A stretch of 64,000 nt of DNA from assembly GCA_035528115.1 (NCBI GenBank), contig DATKZF010000003.1, positions 423,089 through 487,088 on the forward strand, given 5' to 3'. This DNA is from Candidatus Bipolaricaulota bacterium. GTDB lineage: Bacteria; Patescibacteriota; Patescibacteriia; UBA11705; DATKZF01. Below, in pieces: positions 9,347-17,912 of the stretch. Both the position numbers and the translations under genes were made by a program. Numbering within the stretch: the first letter of the stretch is position 1; each line of letters starts with the position of its first letter. Below the pieces are notes generated by a model. That model saw only the letters and a program-made list of their open reading frames with translations. It was not told the DNA's origin and did no database searches.

Positions 9347-9919
9347 CTAGAATATCTTATCGATTAATCCGTAATCTTTCGCTTCTTGCGGGCTCATAAA
9401 ATTGTCTCTATCAGAGTCTTTTTCAACCGTTGCTACGGGTTGCCCCGTGTGCTTCGATAAAATCTCGTTTAGACGATCTTTGATTTTTAATATCCGTTCC
9501 GCTCTGATTTTAATGTCGGAAGCTTGGCCCTCGGCGCCGCCCATGACTTGATGAATCAGTATTTCGGAATTGGGCAGAGAAAATCTTTTGTCTTTGGCTC
9601 CGGCAGCCAAAAGCACGGCCCCCATGCTGGCGGCCAGGCCGATGCAAATAGTGGATACATCGGGTTTTATGTACTGCATGGTGTCATAAATCGCCATGCC
9701 GGCAGTGACAGAACCGCCGGGACTATTGATATATAATTTGATATCTTTTTTGGGATCTTCGCTTTCCAGGAACAATAATTGAGCGATTACGGTGTTGGCT
9801 ACATTATCGTCAATGGTTGAACCCAAAAAAATTATGCGTTCTTTGAGCAATCTTGAATAAATATCATAAGCTCTTTCGCCGAAATTGGTTTTTTCAATGA
9901 CTGTTGGTATCAAATTCAT
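9347..9919 (-). CDS. clpP: ATP-dependent Clp protease proteolytic subunit
   Basis: [33 protein letters not shown]. Confidence 0.98.
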   Translation of the reverse strand: MNLIPTVIEKTNFGERAYDIYSRLLKERIIFLGSTIDDNVANTVIAQLLFLESEDPKKDIKLYINSPGGSVTAGMAIYDTMQYIKPDVSTICIGLAASMGAVLLAAGAKDKRFSLPNSEILIHQVMGGAEGQASDIKIRAERILKIKDRLNEILSKHTGQPVATVEKDSDRDNFMSPQEAKDYGLIDKIF

Positions 9920-9932
9920 AAATTACAAATAG

Positions 9933-10124
9933 TTAATTCTATTTAGGACAAGCTAGGTTTAGGTTTAACTGTTTTGTTACAAATCGTTGCTTCTAATTAA
10001 CTTGCCTTTGCCTAGAAATTGCGAATAATTAATTCTATTAGGACAGGCTTGGTTTAGGTCTAATTGTTGCTACAGATTGCCGGCGCCCGATAGCTTTGCT
10101 GGGCGATGAAAATTGCGGATAAAT
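9933..10124. repeat. Two diverged ~96-bp tandem units in the clpP leader
   Basis: Units start at 9933 and 10029: ttaattctatt(t)aggacaRgctWggtttaggtYtaaYtg ... aaattgcgRataa. Confidence 0.75.
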
Positions 10125-10148
10125 ATTCAATAGCGTTTTCAACTTGTG

Positions 10149-10177
10149 ATTATTACATTTTAAAAAATTATTGTCAA
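10149..10177 (-). promoter_or_regulatory. Probable clpP promoter
   Basis: TTGACA-17bp-AATAAT with extended TG. Confidence 0.55.
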
Positions 10178-10311
10178 TCAGTCAAAGTTCTGGTTGTGTG
10201 GAAGTGTCTTATTTTAGCACAAATTATCCACAATTTACTAACAATCGCTAATATTTGGCTGAAATGCTGTTGAATATGGGACAGATCGGTAAAGACGGTT
10301 TCTGGGCTCCG

Positions 10312-10340
10312 TTGACAGGTTGTGATATATATGCTATGAT
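10312..10340 (+). promoter_or_regulatory. Sigma70 promoter
   Basis: TTGACA-17bp-TATGAT with extended TG. Confidence 0.75.
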
Positions 10341-10346
10341 ATATAA

Positions 10347-10594
10347 TCAATATCATTTCGCGTGGTTAATAAAAAGATATAGGGGAGAGAGTGGAGGGCA
10401 GAATTTATCAATATTGGCCTTGGACCACAATTACCTCTATATCTTTTTGTTAACCAAGAGCCCGCCTTTAGTCGGTAATACATGGAAAAGGCGTTATTCT
10501 TTCAAAAACTTTCAAGTGAGTAGATAGGTATCAATTTCTCTCTCCTCATATCTTTTAGGAGGTCCAGCTTATCTACTCGCTTGAAGGTTTTTTT
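10347..10594 (+). ncRNA. Candidate ~250-nt three-hairpin ncRNA or attenuator upstream of ftsK
   Basis: 22-bp helix 10364-10385/10434-10455; ~25-bp helix 10504-10528/10568-10592 ending in a U-tract; G-U pairs on plus strand. Confidence 0.6.
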
Positions 10595-10651
10595 AATCTT
10601 TATCAGTTAAACAAAATGTGTTAGAATACAAAAGACGATAAAATATTTCCC

Positions 10652-12832
10652 ATGGCCAGAAGAAAAAGAAAAAAAATAAAAGAAGAGCCCGTTCGCGAAA
10701 AAGAACTTAGCCCCGAGGCAAAAAAGGGGATAGTGGTGGTTTTTATATTCGCCGTTGGCGTGCTTTCCTTTTTGAGCCTGTTGCAAATGGCGGGCAGAAT
10801 AGGGATTTTTATTGATTCCGCTTTAAGCATATTCATCGGTTGGACCAAATACGCCTTTCCCATTTTAATGATCATCTACGCTTATCTTCTGTTTCGAGAT
10901 GAGCGATATCAAATAACCAAAGCCAAATATGTTGGCTTTTTATTTTTTGTTTTGAGCTTTAACGCGCTTTTACATATTTCCTATGCCGCGAGTGAGGCGC
11001 TCGAAATGTCGGCCAGCGGCCTTGGCGGCGGATTCCTGGGATTGGTTTTAAGTTACCCGTTGCAATTTGTGATGGGAAAAATCGCGACGATTGTAATTTT
11101 ATTGGCATTGCTTTTGATCAGCTTGCTTTTAATGTTCAATACTTCCATAAAAAATCTTGTTTTCGGAAATTCTCGATTGGCGTTTTTAAAGCGCCCGTTC
11201 GGAGTGTTATTCGCTCGAAAAGAAGATGAATCATCTGAAGAAGAATCGGAAACGGAGACGGTTGAAAAAGCGACGCAGGAGTCTTCTATTGAAAATGAAG
11301 AACAGGATGAAAAGAAGGTGGCAAAGGAATTAAACGAGTCCGAGGAAACCGCCGTTCAATTTCCCAACAAAGGAATTAAGATTGATTTGCCCCTGACATT
11401 ATTGAATAAAAAAACGAGCAAGCCGACCAGCGGCGACACTAAGGTCGGCATGGAAAAAATACAAAAAACTTTGGAGAATTTCGGTATTGACGTGCAAATG
11501 GAAGGAGTAAGCATCGGACCGACCGTTACTCAGTACACGTTCAAGCCGGCGGAAGGAGTGAAATTATCACGCATTACCGCTTTGAATAATGATTTGGCTT
11601 TGGCGCTGGCCGCCCATCCGCTGAGAATCGAGGCTCCGATACCTGGCAAGTCGCTGGTGGGTATTGAAGTCCCCAATAAGCAAGCGGCCACCGTATGTTT
11701 GCGTGAATTACTGGAAGCTCCGGAATTTAAAACGAGAAAATCCAATTTGGCCCTGACTTTGGGCAAAGACGTTTCGGGCAAGACTTGGGTTTATCCTTTG
11801 GAAAAAATGCCTCATTTGCTGGTGGCCGGCGCGACCGGCTCGGGCAAAAGCGTTTGTTTGAACACCATGATTATCAGTTTGCTTTATCAAAATAATCCGG
11901 ATGATTTGCGCATGATCTTGGTCGATCCCAAGAGAGTGGAGTTCCCCGTATATAACGGCATCCCTCATTTATTATCCCCGGTTATAACGGATGTCACCAA
12001 GACCGTGAATTCACTGCGTTGGGCCATTTCGGAAATGGATAGAAGATATGAGATGCTCGCCAAGAGCAATAAGCGAAATATCGAAGGTTATAACCAAAGC
12101 AACCCGGAAGAAAAATTGCCGTATTTGCTTATTGTGATAGATGAATTGGCGGATTTGATGATTTCCGCCTCGTCGGAAATCGAATCGTCAATCATCAGGT
12201 TGACGCAAATGGCCAGAGCCATCGGCATTCATTTGATCGTGGCCACGCAAAGGCCGTCGGTCGATGTCATTACCGGTTTGATCAAAGCCAATATTCCTGC
12301 CAGAATCGCTTTTAGCGTGGCTTCGCAGACCGATTCTCGAACCATACTTGATTCGTCCGGAGCCGAGAAGTTGCTGGGCAAAGGCGACATGCTTTTTCAA
12401 ACCGCGGAGCTGAGCAAGCCGCGCAGGATCCAAGGAGCCTTTGTCGGAGATGACGAAATAAAGAGAGTGGTTGATTTTCTTAAAGAAGCCAGCGGCGACC
12501 CGGAATATAACGAGTCCGTTACGGAAAAAAACAAAGGAGTTCATACCAGTTTTGATTATAATAATGACGATGGTGATAGCGATGAATTATATGATGACGC
12601 CGTGGAAATAGTCGCTCGCGCGGGCAAAGCCTCCGCCTCCTTGCTTCAACGCCGGCTACGCGTGGGTTATGCCAGAGCGGCTCGTTTGATTGATTTGCTG
12701 GAAGACAATGGCGTGGTCGGCCCGGCTGACGGAGCTCGGCCGCGCGAAGTATTGATGTCACTCGACAAAATGTCCCAAGGAGACGCTCATGAAGCGGCGC
12801 CGACGGAAGATGATGAAGAAAATGAAGAATAG
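10652..12832 (+). CDS. ftsK: DNA translocase FtsK/SpoIIIE
   Basis: 4TM N-terminus, PHLLVAGATGSGKS, ATQRPSVDV, gamma domain SLLQRRLRVGYARAARL. Confidence 0.97.
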   Translation: MARRKRKKIKEEPVREKELSPEAKKGIVVVFIFAVGVLSFLSLLQMAGRIGIFIDSALSIFIGWTKYAFPILMIIYAYLLFRDERYQITKAKYVGFLFFVLSFNALLHISYAASEALEMSASGLGGGFLGLVLSYPLQFVMGKIATIVILLALLLISLLLMFNTSIKNLVFGNSRLAFLKRPFGVLFARKEDESSEEESETETVEKATQESSIENEEQDEKKVAKELNESEETAVQFPNKGIKIDLPLTLLNKKTSKPTSGDTKVGMEKIQKTLENFGIDVQMEGVSIGPTVTQYTFKPAEGVKLSRITALNNDLALALAAHPLRIEAPIPGKSLVGIEVPNKQAATVCLRELLEAPEFKTRKSNLALTLGKDVSGKTWVYPLEKMPHLLVAGATGSGKSVCLNTMIISLLYQNNPDDLRMILVDPKRVEFPVYNGIPHLLSPVITDVTKTVNSLRWAISEMDRRYEMLAKSNKRNIEGYNQSNPEEKLPYLLIVIDELADLMISASSEIESSIIRLTQMARAIGIHLIVATQRPSVDVITGLIKANIPARIAFSVASQTDSRTILDSSGAEKLLGKGDMLFQTAELSKPRRIQGAFVGDDEIKRVVDFLKEASGDPEYNESVTEKNKGVHTSFDYNNDDGDSDELYDDAVEIVARAGKASASLLQRRLRVGYARAARLIDLLEDNGVVGPADGARPREVLMSLDKMSQGDAHEAAPTEDDEENEE

Positions 12833-12853
12833 TCTAATGTTTCAAAGTGTTCT

Positions 12854-13564
12854 ATGATGGTCAGTTTCAACAACAAAAAGATCAACGCTATTAAAACTCT
12901 GGGCGAGAAATTGCAGGAGCATCGTTTGAATTACGGATTGAGTTTGGAATCGATCTCCAAAGAGACAGCCATTAATTTGAAATATTTAATCGCGCTTGAA
13001 AGCGATAATTATGAAAAATTGCCGGCGGATATTTATACATGTAATTTTTTAAAAAAATACGCTGTTTTTTTGGATCTGAATCCGGAAACGGCGATTGAAA
13101 CTTACGTTCAGGAAAAAATTTTATATTACAAAACAAAAAAACAATGCAAAGAGATTAGGGATAAAAAAATAGGAAAAGTAAGAAAGGTTGTGAATTTTTT
13201 TCTTTCTCCGGTTTTTTTGAAATACTCTTTCTCCGTTGTGGTCGTGGCGGCCTTGTTGATATACATCGGTTGGAGCGTCAATAGAATTTTTACGCCCCCG
13301 CATTTGGTGATCATGGAGCCGCAAGACAGTTTGATAACCGTTTCGCGTCAATTATGGATAAAGGGAGAGTCCGAGAAGGAAGCTTTTTTAACCATGAACG
13401 GTCAGGAAATCATCAGCGACCATGATGGACGGTTTTCAAATAAGGTAGATTTGCAAAAAGGTTTAAATGTCATTAAAATAACAGCAAGGAAAAAGCACAG
13501 TAAGGAAAACGTGCAATATTTGCAAATTATATTGGAGGAAACCGGCAGTGTGTCTCAAAAATAA
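12854..13564 (+). CDS. RodZ-like HTH membrane protein with C-terminal Ig-like domain
   Basis: LGEKL..R, I..KYL.ALE..Y..LP..Y...F...YA..L.L; single TM; lies between ftsK and recA. Confidence 0.75.
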   Translation: MMVSFNNKKINAIKTLGEKLQEHRLNYGLSLESISKETAINLKYLIALESDNYEKLPADIYTCNFLKKYAVFLDLNPETAIETYVQEKILYYKTKKQCKEIRDKKIGKVRKVVNFFLSPVFLKYSFSVVVVAALLIYIGWSVNRIFTPPHLVIMEPQDSLITVSRQLWIKGESEKEAFLTMNGQEIISDHDGRFSNKVDLQKGLNVIKITARKKHSKENVQYLQIILEETGSVSQK

Positions 13565-13630
13565 ATCAGGAGGGTTGTTTCTTGTAATAAATAAAAATCT
13601 TTTCCATGCTTAAGATTTTTTTAAATTCAT

Positions 13631-14686
13631 ATGAAGGACACGGAAATAAAAGAAAAAAATCAGGCGGCCGAGCAAGCGATCAGTCAGATTAAAGAAAAAT
13701 TCGGAGACGGTTCAATCATGCTTTTGGGAGAAGCGAAATCCATGAACGTGGAAACCGTTTCAACCGGATGTTTATCCCTAGACATAGCCTTGGGAGTGGG
13801 AGGCGTGCCCAGAGGGAGAATCATTGAGGTGTTTGGCCCTGAAATGTCTGGCAAAACAACCTTGTCCCAGCATATAATCGCCGAAGTTCAAAAAATCGGG
13901 GGTATCGCGGCATTTGTGGACGCCGAGCACGCGCTCGATCCGGATTACGCGAAAAAAATAGGCATCAATATCAATGAAATGCTTATTTCTCAACCCGATA
14001 CGGGCGAGCAGGCGCTGGAAATCGTGGAGACATTGGTTCGTTCCAACGCGATAGACATTATTGTCGTGGATTCCGTGGCCGCTTTGACGCCAAAGGCGGA
14101 AATAGAAGGCGACATGGGCGATCATCACATGGGATTGCAAGCCAGATTGATGAGCCAAGCCTTGAGAAAATTGGCGGGTATTATTTCCAAAAGTAAAACG
14201 ATCGTGATTTTCATCAATCAAATCAGGCACAAAATCGGCGTGTTTTTCGGCAATCCCGAAACTACCACCGGAGGCAACGCTTTGAAATTTTATTCTTCGG
14301 TTAGAATCGAAGTTCGGCGTTCAGCTCAAATCAAGCAGGGCGAACAAATCATCGGCAATAGAGTTAAAGTAAAAGTCGTGAAAAATAAAGTGGCCGCGCC
14401 TTTTCGAACCACTGAGTTTGACATCATGTACAATGAAGGCATTTCCTTGTCAGGTGATATGCTGGATACCGGTTTGACTTATAATGTCATTTCAAAATCC
14501 GGTAATTCATACAGTCATGGCGAGGAAAAATTGGGCGTGGGCAGGGAAACGGCCAAGAAATATTTGAAAGAAAATCCAAAACTGATGAAACAGATCAGAA
14601 AGGGAATCTGGGAAGCGGTTAATGGGAAAAGGGAAGAAGAGCAAGGACAAGGACAAGGACAAGGACAAGGACAAGAAGTCAAATAA
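13631..14686 (+). CDS. recA: Recombinase RecA
   Basis: [32 protein letters not shown]; no intein. Confidence 0.99.
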   Translation: MKDTEIKEKNQAAEQAISQIKEKFGDGSIMLLGEAKSMNVETVSTGCLSLDIALGVGGVPRGRIIEVFGPEMSGKTTLSQHIIAEVQKIGGIAAFVDAEHALDPDYAKKIGININEMLISQPDTGEQALEIVETLVRSNAIDIIVVDSVAALTPKAEIEGDMGDHHMGLQARLMSQALRKLAGIISKSKTIVIFINQIRHKIGVFFGNPETTTGGNALKFYSSVRIEVRRSAQIKQGEQIIGNRVKVKVVKNKVAAPFRTTEFDIMYNEGISLSGDMLDTGLTYNVISKSGNSYSHGEEKLGVGRETAKKYLKENPKLMKQIRKGIWEAVNGKREEEQGQGQGQGQGQEVK

Positions 14687-14695
14687 TTGATTATA

Positions 14696-14725
14696 AAAAA
14701 ACCGTCTGAAATATGGCGGTTTTTT
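14696..14725 (+). terminator. Intrinsic terminator after recA
   Basis: aaaaaaccgtc..ggcggtttttt. Confidence 0.7.
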
Positions 14726-14760
14726 GATTTTAAATGTTTTATACAAATTTGCCTTTATGC

Positions 14761-14823
14761 TTGACAAATATAATAATTGTGATATAATGAACAGTCGACA
14801 TAACGTCGTCAGTCAAAAGGAGG
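14761..14823 (+). promoter_or_regulatory. Sigma70 promoter plus strong Shine-Dalgarno
   Basis: TTGACA-16bp-TATAAT; AAGGAGG 6 nt before ATG 14830. Confidence 0.75.
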
Positions 14824-14829
14824 AAAGCC

Positions 14830-15168
14830 ATGCGCGGAAAAAAAGGAAAAGGCGGGGGTGTGCCTCCGCAGCTTCGAGTCGTCTCCGGCACTGGGAAGTC
14901 GAACCAGAAGGGAGACGAGCCGCCGACCATGCAACAGGCCGGCCAGATGCAGTTGCACGAGCACACCATGCGTTTCGATACGCAAACCACGGTGTGGCTC
15001 TTGTGGCTGACACAGGAGCTCCCGTTCCCGAACAGGGCGACAGCGATGTCGGCCTTGATCAAGGAAAAAATCGAGGAAATTAAAATGTCGAAGCAGGGCT
15101 GGCAGCCCTGCTATCGCCGGGGCAATGAGGTAGTCCCGGCCGCGCGCAAGCTGCCTCCGAAGGAGTAG
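14830..15168 (+). CDS. Orphan protein, possible ribbon-helix-helix domain
   Basis: Promoter, SD and terminator present; HTMRFD..WLTQELPFPNRATAMSALIKEKI fits an RHH pattern. Confidence 0.6.
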   Translation: MRGKKGKGGGVPPQLRVVSGTGKSNQKGDEPPTMQQAGQMQLHEHTMRFDTQTTVWLLWLTQELPFPNRATAMSALIKEKIEEIKMSKQGWQPCYRRGNEVVPAARKLPPKE

Positions 15169-15380
15169 TATCATTCGCCAAGGCCGACTCCGGCTCTGGC
15201 GTCAAGATCCGAGGGACCTTTCTCTCGGATTTTATTTTTGTGATTTACTTTTGGCTTGGATTATGCGAAAATAATTAATAAGTGAGATTACAAGATTACG
15301 AGATTTGCATACGAGATTATACAGATTAACCCGATCTCGTACAATCTGTACACCAATCTGTAATCTCGTAAATCCAATTT

Positions 15381-16397
15381 ATGAAGATATTAGCCATTGA
15401 AACCTCCTGCGATGAGACCGCGGCTTCAGTCGTTGAAATAAAAAACGGCAAATTCGCGGCTTTGTCCAATACGGTTTCATCTCAAATAAAAACTCACGCC
15501 AAATACGGCGGCGTTATTCCGGAAGTCGCCGGTCGTCTTCATATTGGAAAAATAATTCCGGTGATCGATGAAGCGTTGAGTTCCTCAAAAACGAAAATTG
15601 CCGAATTGAAAGCTTTGGCCGTGGTGTCGGGACCGGGCTTGGCGCCGTCTCTTCGAGTGGGCGTGGAAACGGCCAAAGCTTTGGCTTATGTCTGGCAAAA
15701 GCCGCTGATATCGGTCAATCATTTGGAAGGCCATATCGCGGCCGGTCTTTTTGAAAATAAAAAAGTTGCCATGCCCGCGGTTTGCTTGATCGCGTCCGGC
15801 GGCCATACTTCTTTGATTTATATAAAAAGCTGGGGCGGGTACGAAACAATCGGCCAAACCAGAGACGACGCGGCCGGAGAAGCCTTTGATAAGGTCGCGA
15901 AAATCATGGGACTTGGTTATCCGGGAGGCCCGCTGATTTCCAAATTGGCGGAAAATGGAAAAACCGGCCGATTCAAACTGCCTAGGCCGATGATTGATTC
16001 CGGCGATTTTGACTTTAGCTTTTCCGGTTTGAAAACAGCGGCTCTTTATTTGTATAAATCCAGAAAAACTTGGACTAAAAAAGACAAGGCTGACTTGGCC
16101 GCGGAATTTCAAGACGCGGTGATTGAAGTTTTGGTGGAAAAATCAATGAGCGCCGCGGAAAAATTAAAAGCCAAAAGTTTTATTTTGGGCGGTGGCGTTT
16201 CCGCCAACAAAAAATTGAGAGCAACGCTCAAGCGAGCCGGCCAAGACATCAAGGGCTTGAGCGTTTTTATTCCGCCTTTTGAATTCACCACTGACAACGC
16301 GGCCATGATCGGCGCGGCCGCGTATTTTCATTATAAAAATAAAAATTTTGTTGATCCGTTTGATTTGGTTGCGGAGCCACGATGGAGATTGATTTAA
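15381..16397 (+). CDS. tsaD: tRNA N6-threonylcarbamoyltransferase
   Basis: AIETSCDET, YGGVIPE, GPGL, HLEGH, SGGHT, GEAFDK, DNAAMI. Confidence 0.97.
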   Translation: MKILAIETSCDETAASVVEIKNGKFAALSNTVSSQIKTHAKYGGVIPEVAGRLHIGKIIPVIDEALSSSKTKIAELKALAVVSGPGLAPSLRVGVETAKALAYVWQKPLISVNHLEGHIAAGLFENKKVAMPAVCLIASGGHTSLIYIKSWGGYETIGQTRDDAAGEAFDKVAKIMGLGYPGGPLISKLAENGKTGRFKLPRPMIDSGDFDFSFSGLKTAALYLYKSRKTWTKKDKADLAAEFQDAVIEVLVEKSMSAAEKLKAKSFILGGGVSANKKLRATLKRAGQDIKGLSVFIPPFEFTTDNAAMIGAAAYFHYKNKNFVDPFDLVAEPRWRLI

Positions 16398-16401
16398 AAA
16401 T

Positions 16402-16830
16402 ATGGAAAATATTTATGCCGTTAAAACCGAAGCTCAAACCAAAAAAATTGCCGGGGACTTCGCCAAAACTTTGAAAGGCGGGGAAGTGATTTTATTATCC
16501 GGAGATCTGGGCGCGGGCAAGACTTTTTTCGTTCAGGCCGCGGCCAAGGCTTTGGGAGTTAAGGAGCAAGTGACCAGCCCGACTTTTATATTGATGCAAA
16601 TTTACAAAGCGTCCAGAAATAAAATTAAAAACGTTTGTCATATTGACGCTTACAGGCTCGGTTGCGTGAAAGAATTCGAGGCGTCCGGGCTGGATGAATG
16701 TTTGTATCGAGACGACACGGTGTCATTTATCGAATGGGGAGAAAAAGTAAAGACGCTGATGCGCGGAGCGATTGAAATTAATATTGAAATTAAGGAAAAT
16801 GAACGAGTTATAACCATTGATAAAAATTAA
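16402..16830 (+). CDS. tsaE: t6A biosynthesis ATPase
   Basis: GDLGAGKT, VTSPTF, HIDAYRL, IEWG. Confidence 0.95.
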   Translation: MENIYAVKTEAQTKKIAGDFAKTLKGGEVILLSGDLGAGKTFFVQAAAKALGVKEQVTSPTFILMQIYKASRNKIKNVCHIDAYRLGCVKEFEASGLDECLYRDDTVSFIEWGEKVKTLMRGAIEINIEIKENERVITIDKN

Positions 16831-16840
16831 AAAAATTATT

Positions 16841-17524
16841 ATGAAAGAAAAACCGCAAAATATTGATTTGAGTTATTGGCACAATCAAAAAGAAGGAGGC
16901 TTCGATCCGGAAACAGGGGTTTTGCACGAGCCGGGATCAGAGGAATACGAAAAATGGCTGAGATTTTTGGAATATGTCGAAACCAGCGGTAAAAAGGAAA
17001 CAGAGGAAACGCAAAATTACGATAAATTAAAAAATGTCATTGATGAAATAGACAAGGTTAACCTGAGTGAAGATGAAGGAGATAAAGAGGCTGAAAAACA
17101 ATTAAAGGAACAAAAGAAACGAGCCAAGGAATTATTGGATAACGCTCTTTCATTGGCCATTAAATACATTGAGATAGTTCTTTCGCAGGAAAAGAAGGTG
17201 AAATTCATCGGCCAAGTGGATATGAAAGCGATAATCTCATCGGACGAAAGAAGAAGCGCCGCGCACAATGCTTTAATCAGTTCATTGATTATTGCCAACA
17301 GATATATTTATCAGCATTTCGCTAAATTGCCGGAAGCGAAGCTGGATGAATTCATTGCGCAAGAAGAGGACGCGAACAGAGATTACATTGAGGTTGAAAG
17401 AATCGATTTGACCGAGAATACTTTTTTGCCGTTGTCAGTTAATTTGAAGGATCGATATTCGGTGTCTCGCTGGGCTTATGATTTGATGAGGGAATTGGAC
17501 TTTCGCAGCGAAGCGAAATTATAA
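16841..17524 (+). CDS. Hypothetical protein, DUF3232-like C-terminal region
   Basis: D.RR..AHNALISSL...NR motif; start uncertain (16817 TTG or 16841 ATG). Confidence 0.55.
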   Translation: MKEKPQNIDLSYWHNQKEGGFDPETGVLHEPGSEEYEKWLRFLEYVETSGKKETEETQNYDKLKNVIDEIDKVNLSEDEGDKEAEKQLKEQKKRAKELLDNALSLAIKYIEIVLSQEKKVKFIGQVDMKAIISSDERRSAAHNALISSLIIANRYIYQHFAKLPEAKLDEFIAQEEDANRDYIEVERIDLTENTFLPLSVNLKDRYSVSRWAYDLMRELDFRSEAKL

Positions 17525-17548
17525 AAAGAAGGAGGTGCTCCTTCTTGA

Positions 17549-17809
17549 TTAGAGTTTTTTTCGCAGTTCTTCGAAGCAAAGTTCCCTTACCAATGCGCTG
17601 AACGCGGACAACTCGCAAGGAAATTTTTGTCGCTTGCACGCGGCCAGCAATGCTTCAAGTCGCTCTTCGTAGATTTTTTGGGCGTTCTCGTTGGGTTTGC
17701 CGAGCAGGCTGTTTTTTCGGGTGGTCAGAAATGCCGTGAATACCTTGATGAGAGGCAGTCGCATTTCTTCTGTCAACAAGAAGTCTCGAAGCGACTGATT
17801 GGGTTGCAT
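17549..17809 (-). CDS. Small orphan protein
   Basis: TTGACA-17-TAGAAT promoter (17838-17866) and AAGGAG SD (17817-17822) on minus strand. Confidence 0.6.
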   Translation of the reverse strand: MQPNQSLRDFLLTEEMRLPLIKVFTAFLTTRKNSLLGKPNENAQKIYEERLEALLAACKRQKFPCELSAFSALVRELCFEELRKKL

Positions 17810-17867
17810 GGGCGGTCTCCTTGTTGGGGGAAAATTTATTCTATCCTATTTCATAAAATATGTCAAT

Positions 17868-17896
17868 AATAAAACCGCTCTCAGAGCGGTTTTATT
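17868..17896. terminator. Intrinsic terminator after pilB
   Basis: aataaaaccgctc tca gagcggttttatt. Confidence 0.75.
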
Positions 17897-17912
17897 ATTG
17901 ATTTGAATTGTT

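Noticed and set aside
10085-10105. c-di-GMP-I riboswitch (GCAAAGCTATCGGGC resemblance)
   Set aside because: Only a short match; the P1 GNRA hairpin and 3' elements are absent.
10172-10186. CtsR box upstream of clpP (GTCAAtcaGTCAAA)
   Set aside because: Spacing does not match the CtsR heptad repeat, and the first half is simply the -35 element.
10113-10232. oriC (TTATCCACA at 10224, near-match at about 10114)
   Set aside because: Only one perfect DnaA box, no dnaA/dnaN nearby, and isolated boxes also occur elsewhere (61708).
10482-10523. 13-codon ORF MEKALFFQKLSSE as a type I toxin
   Set aside because: Too short, not hydrophobic, and without an adjacent ribosome-binding signal.
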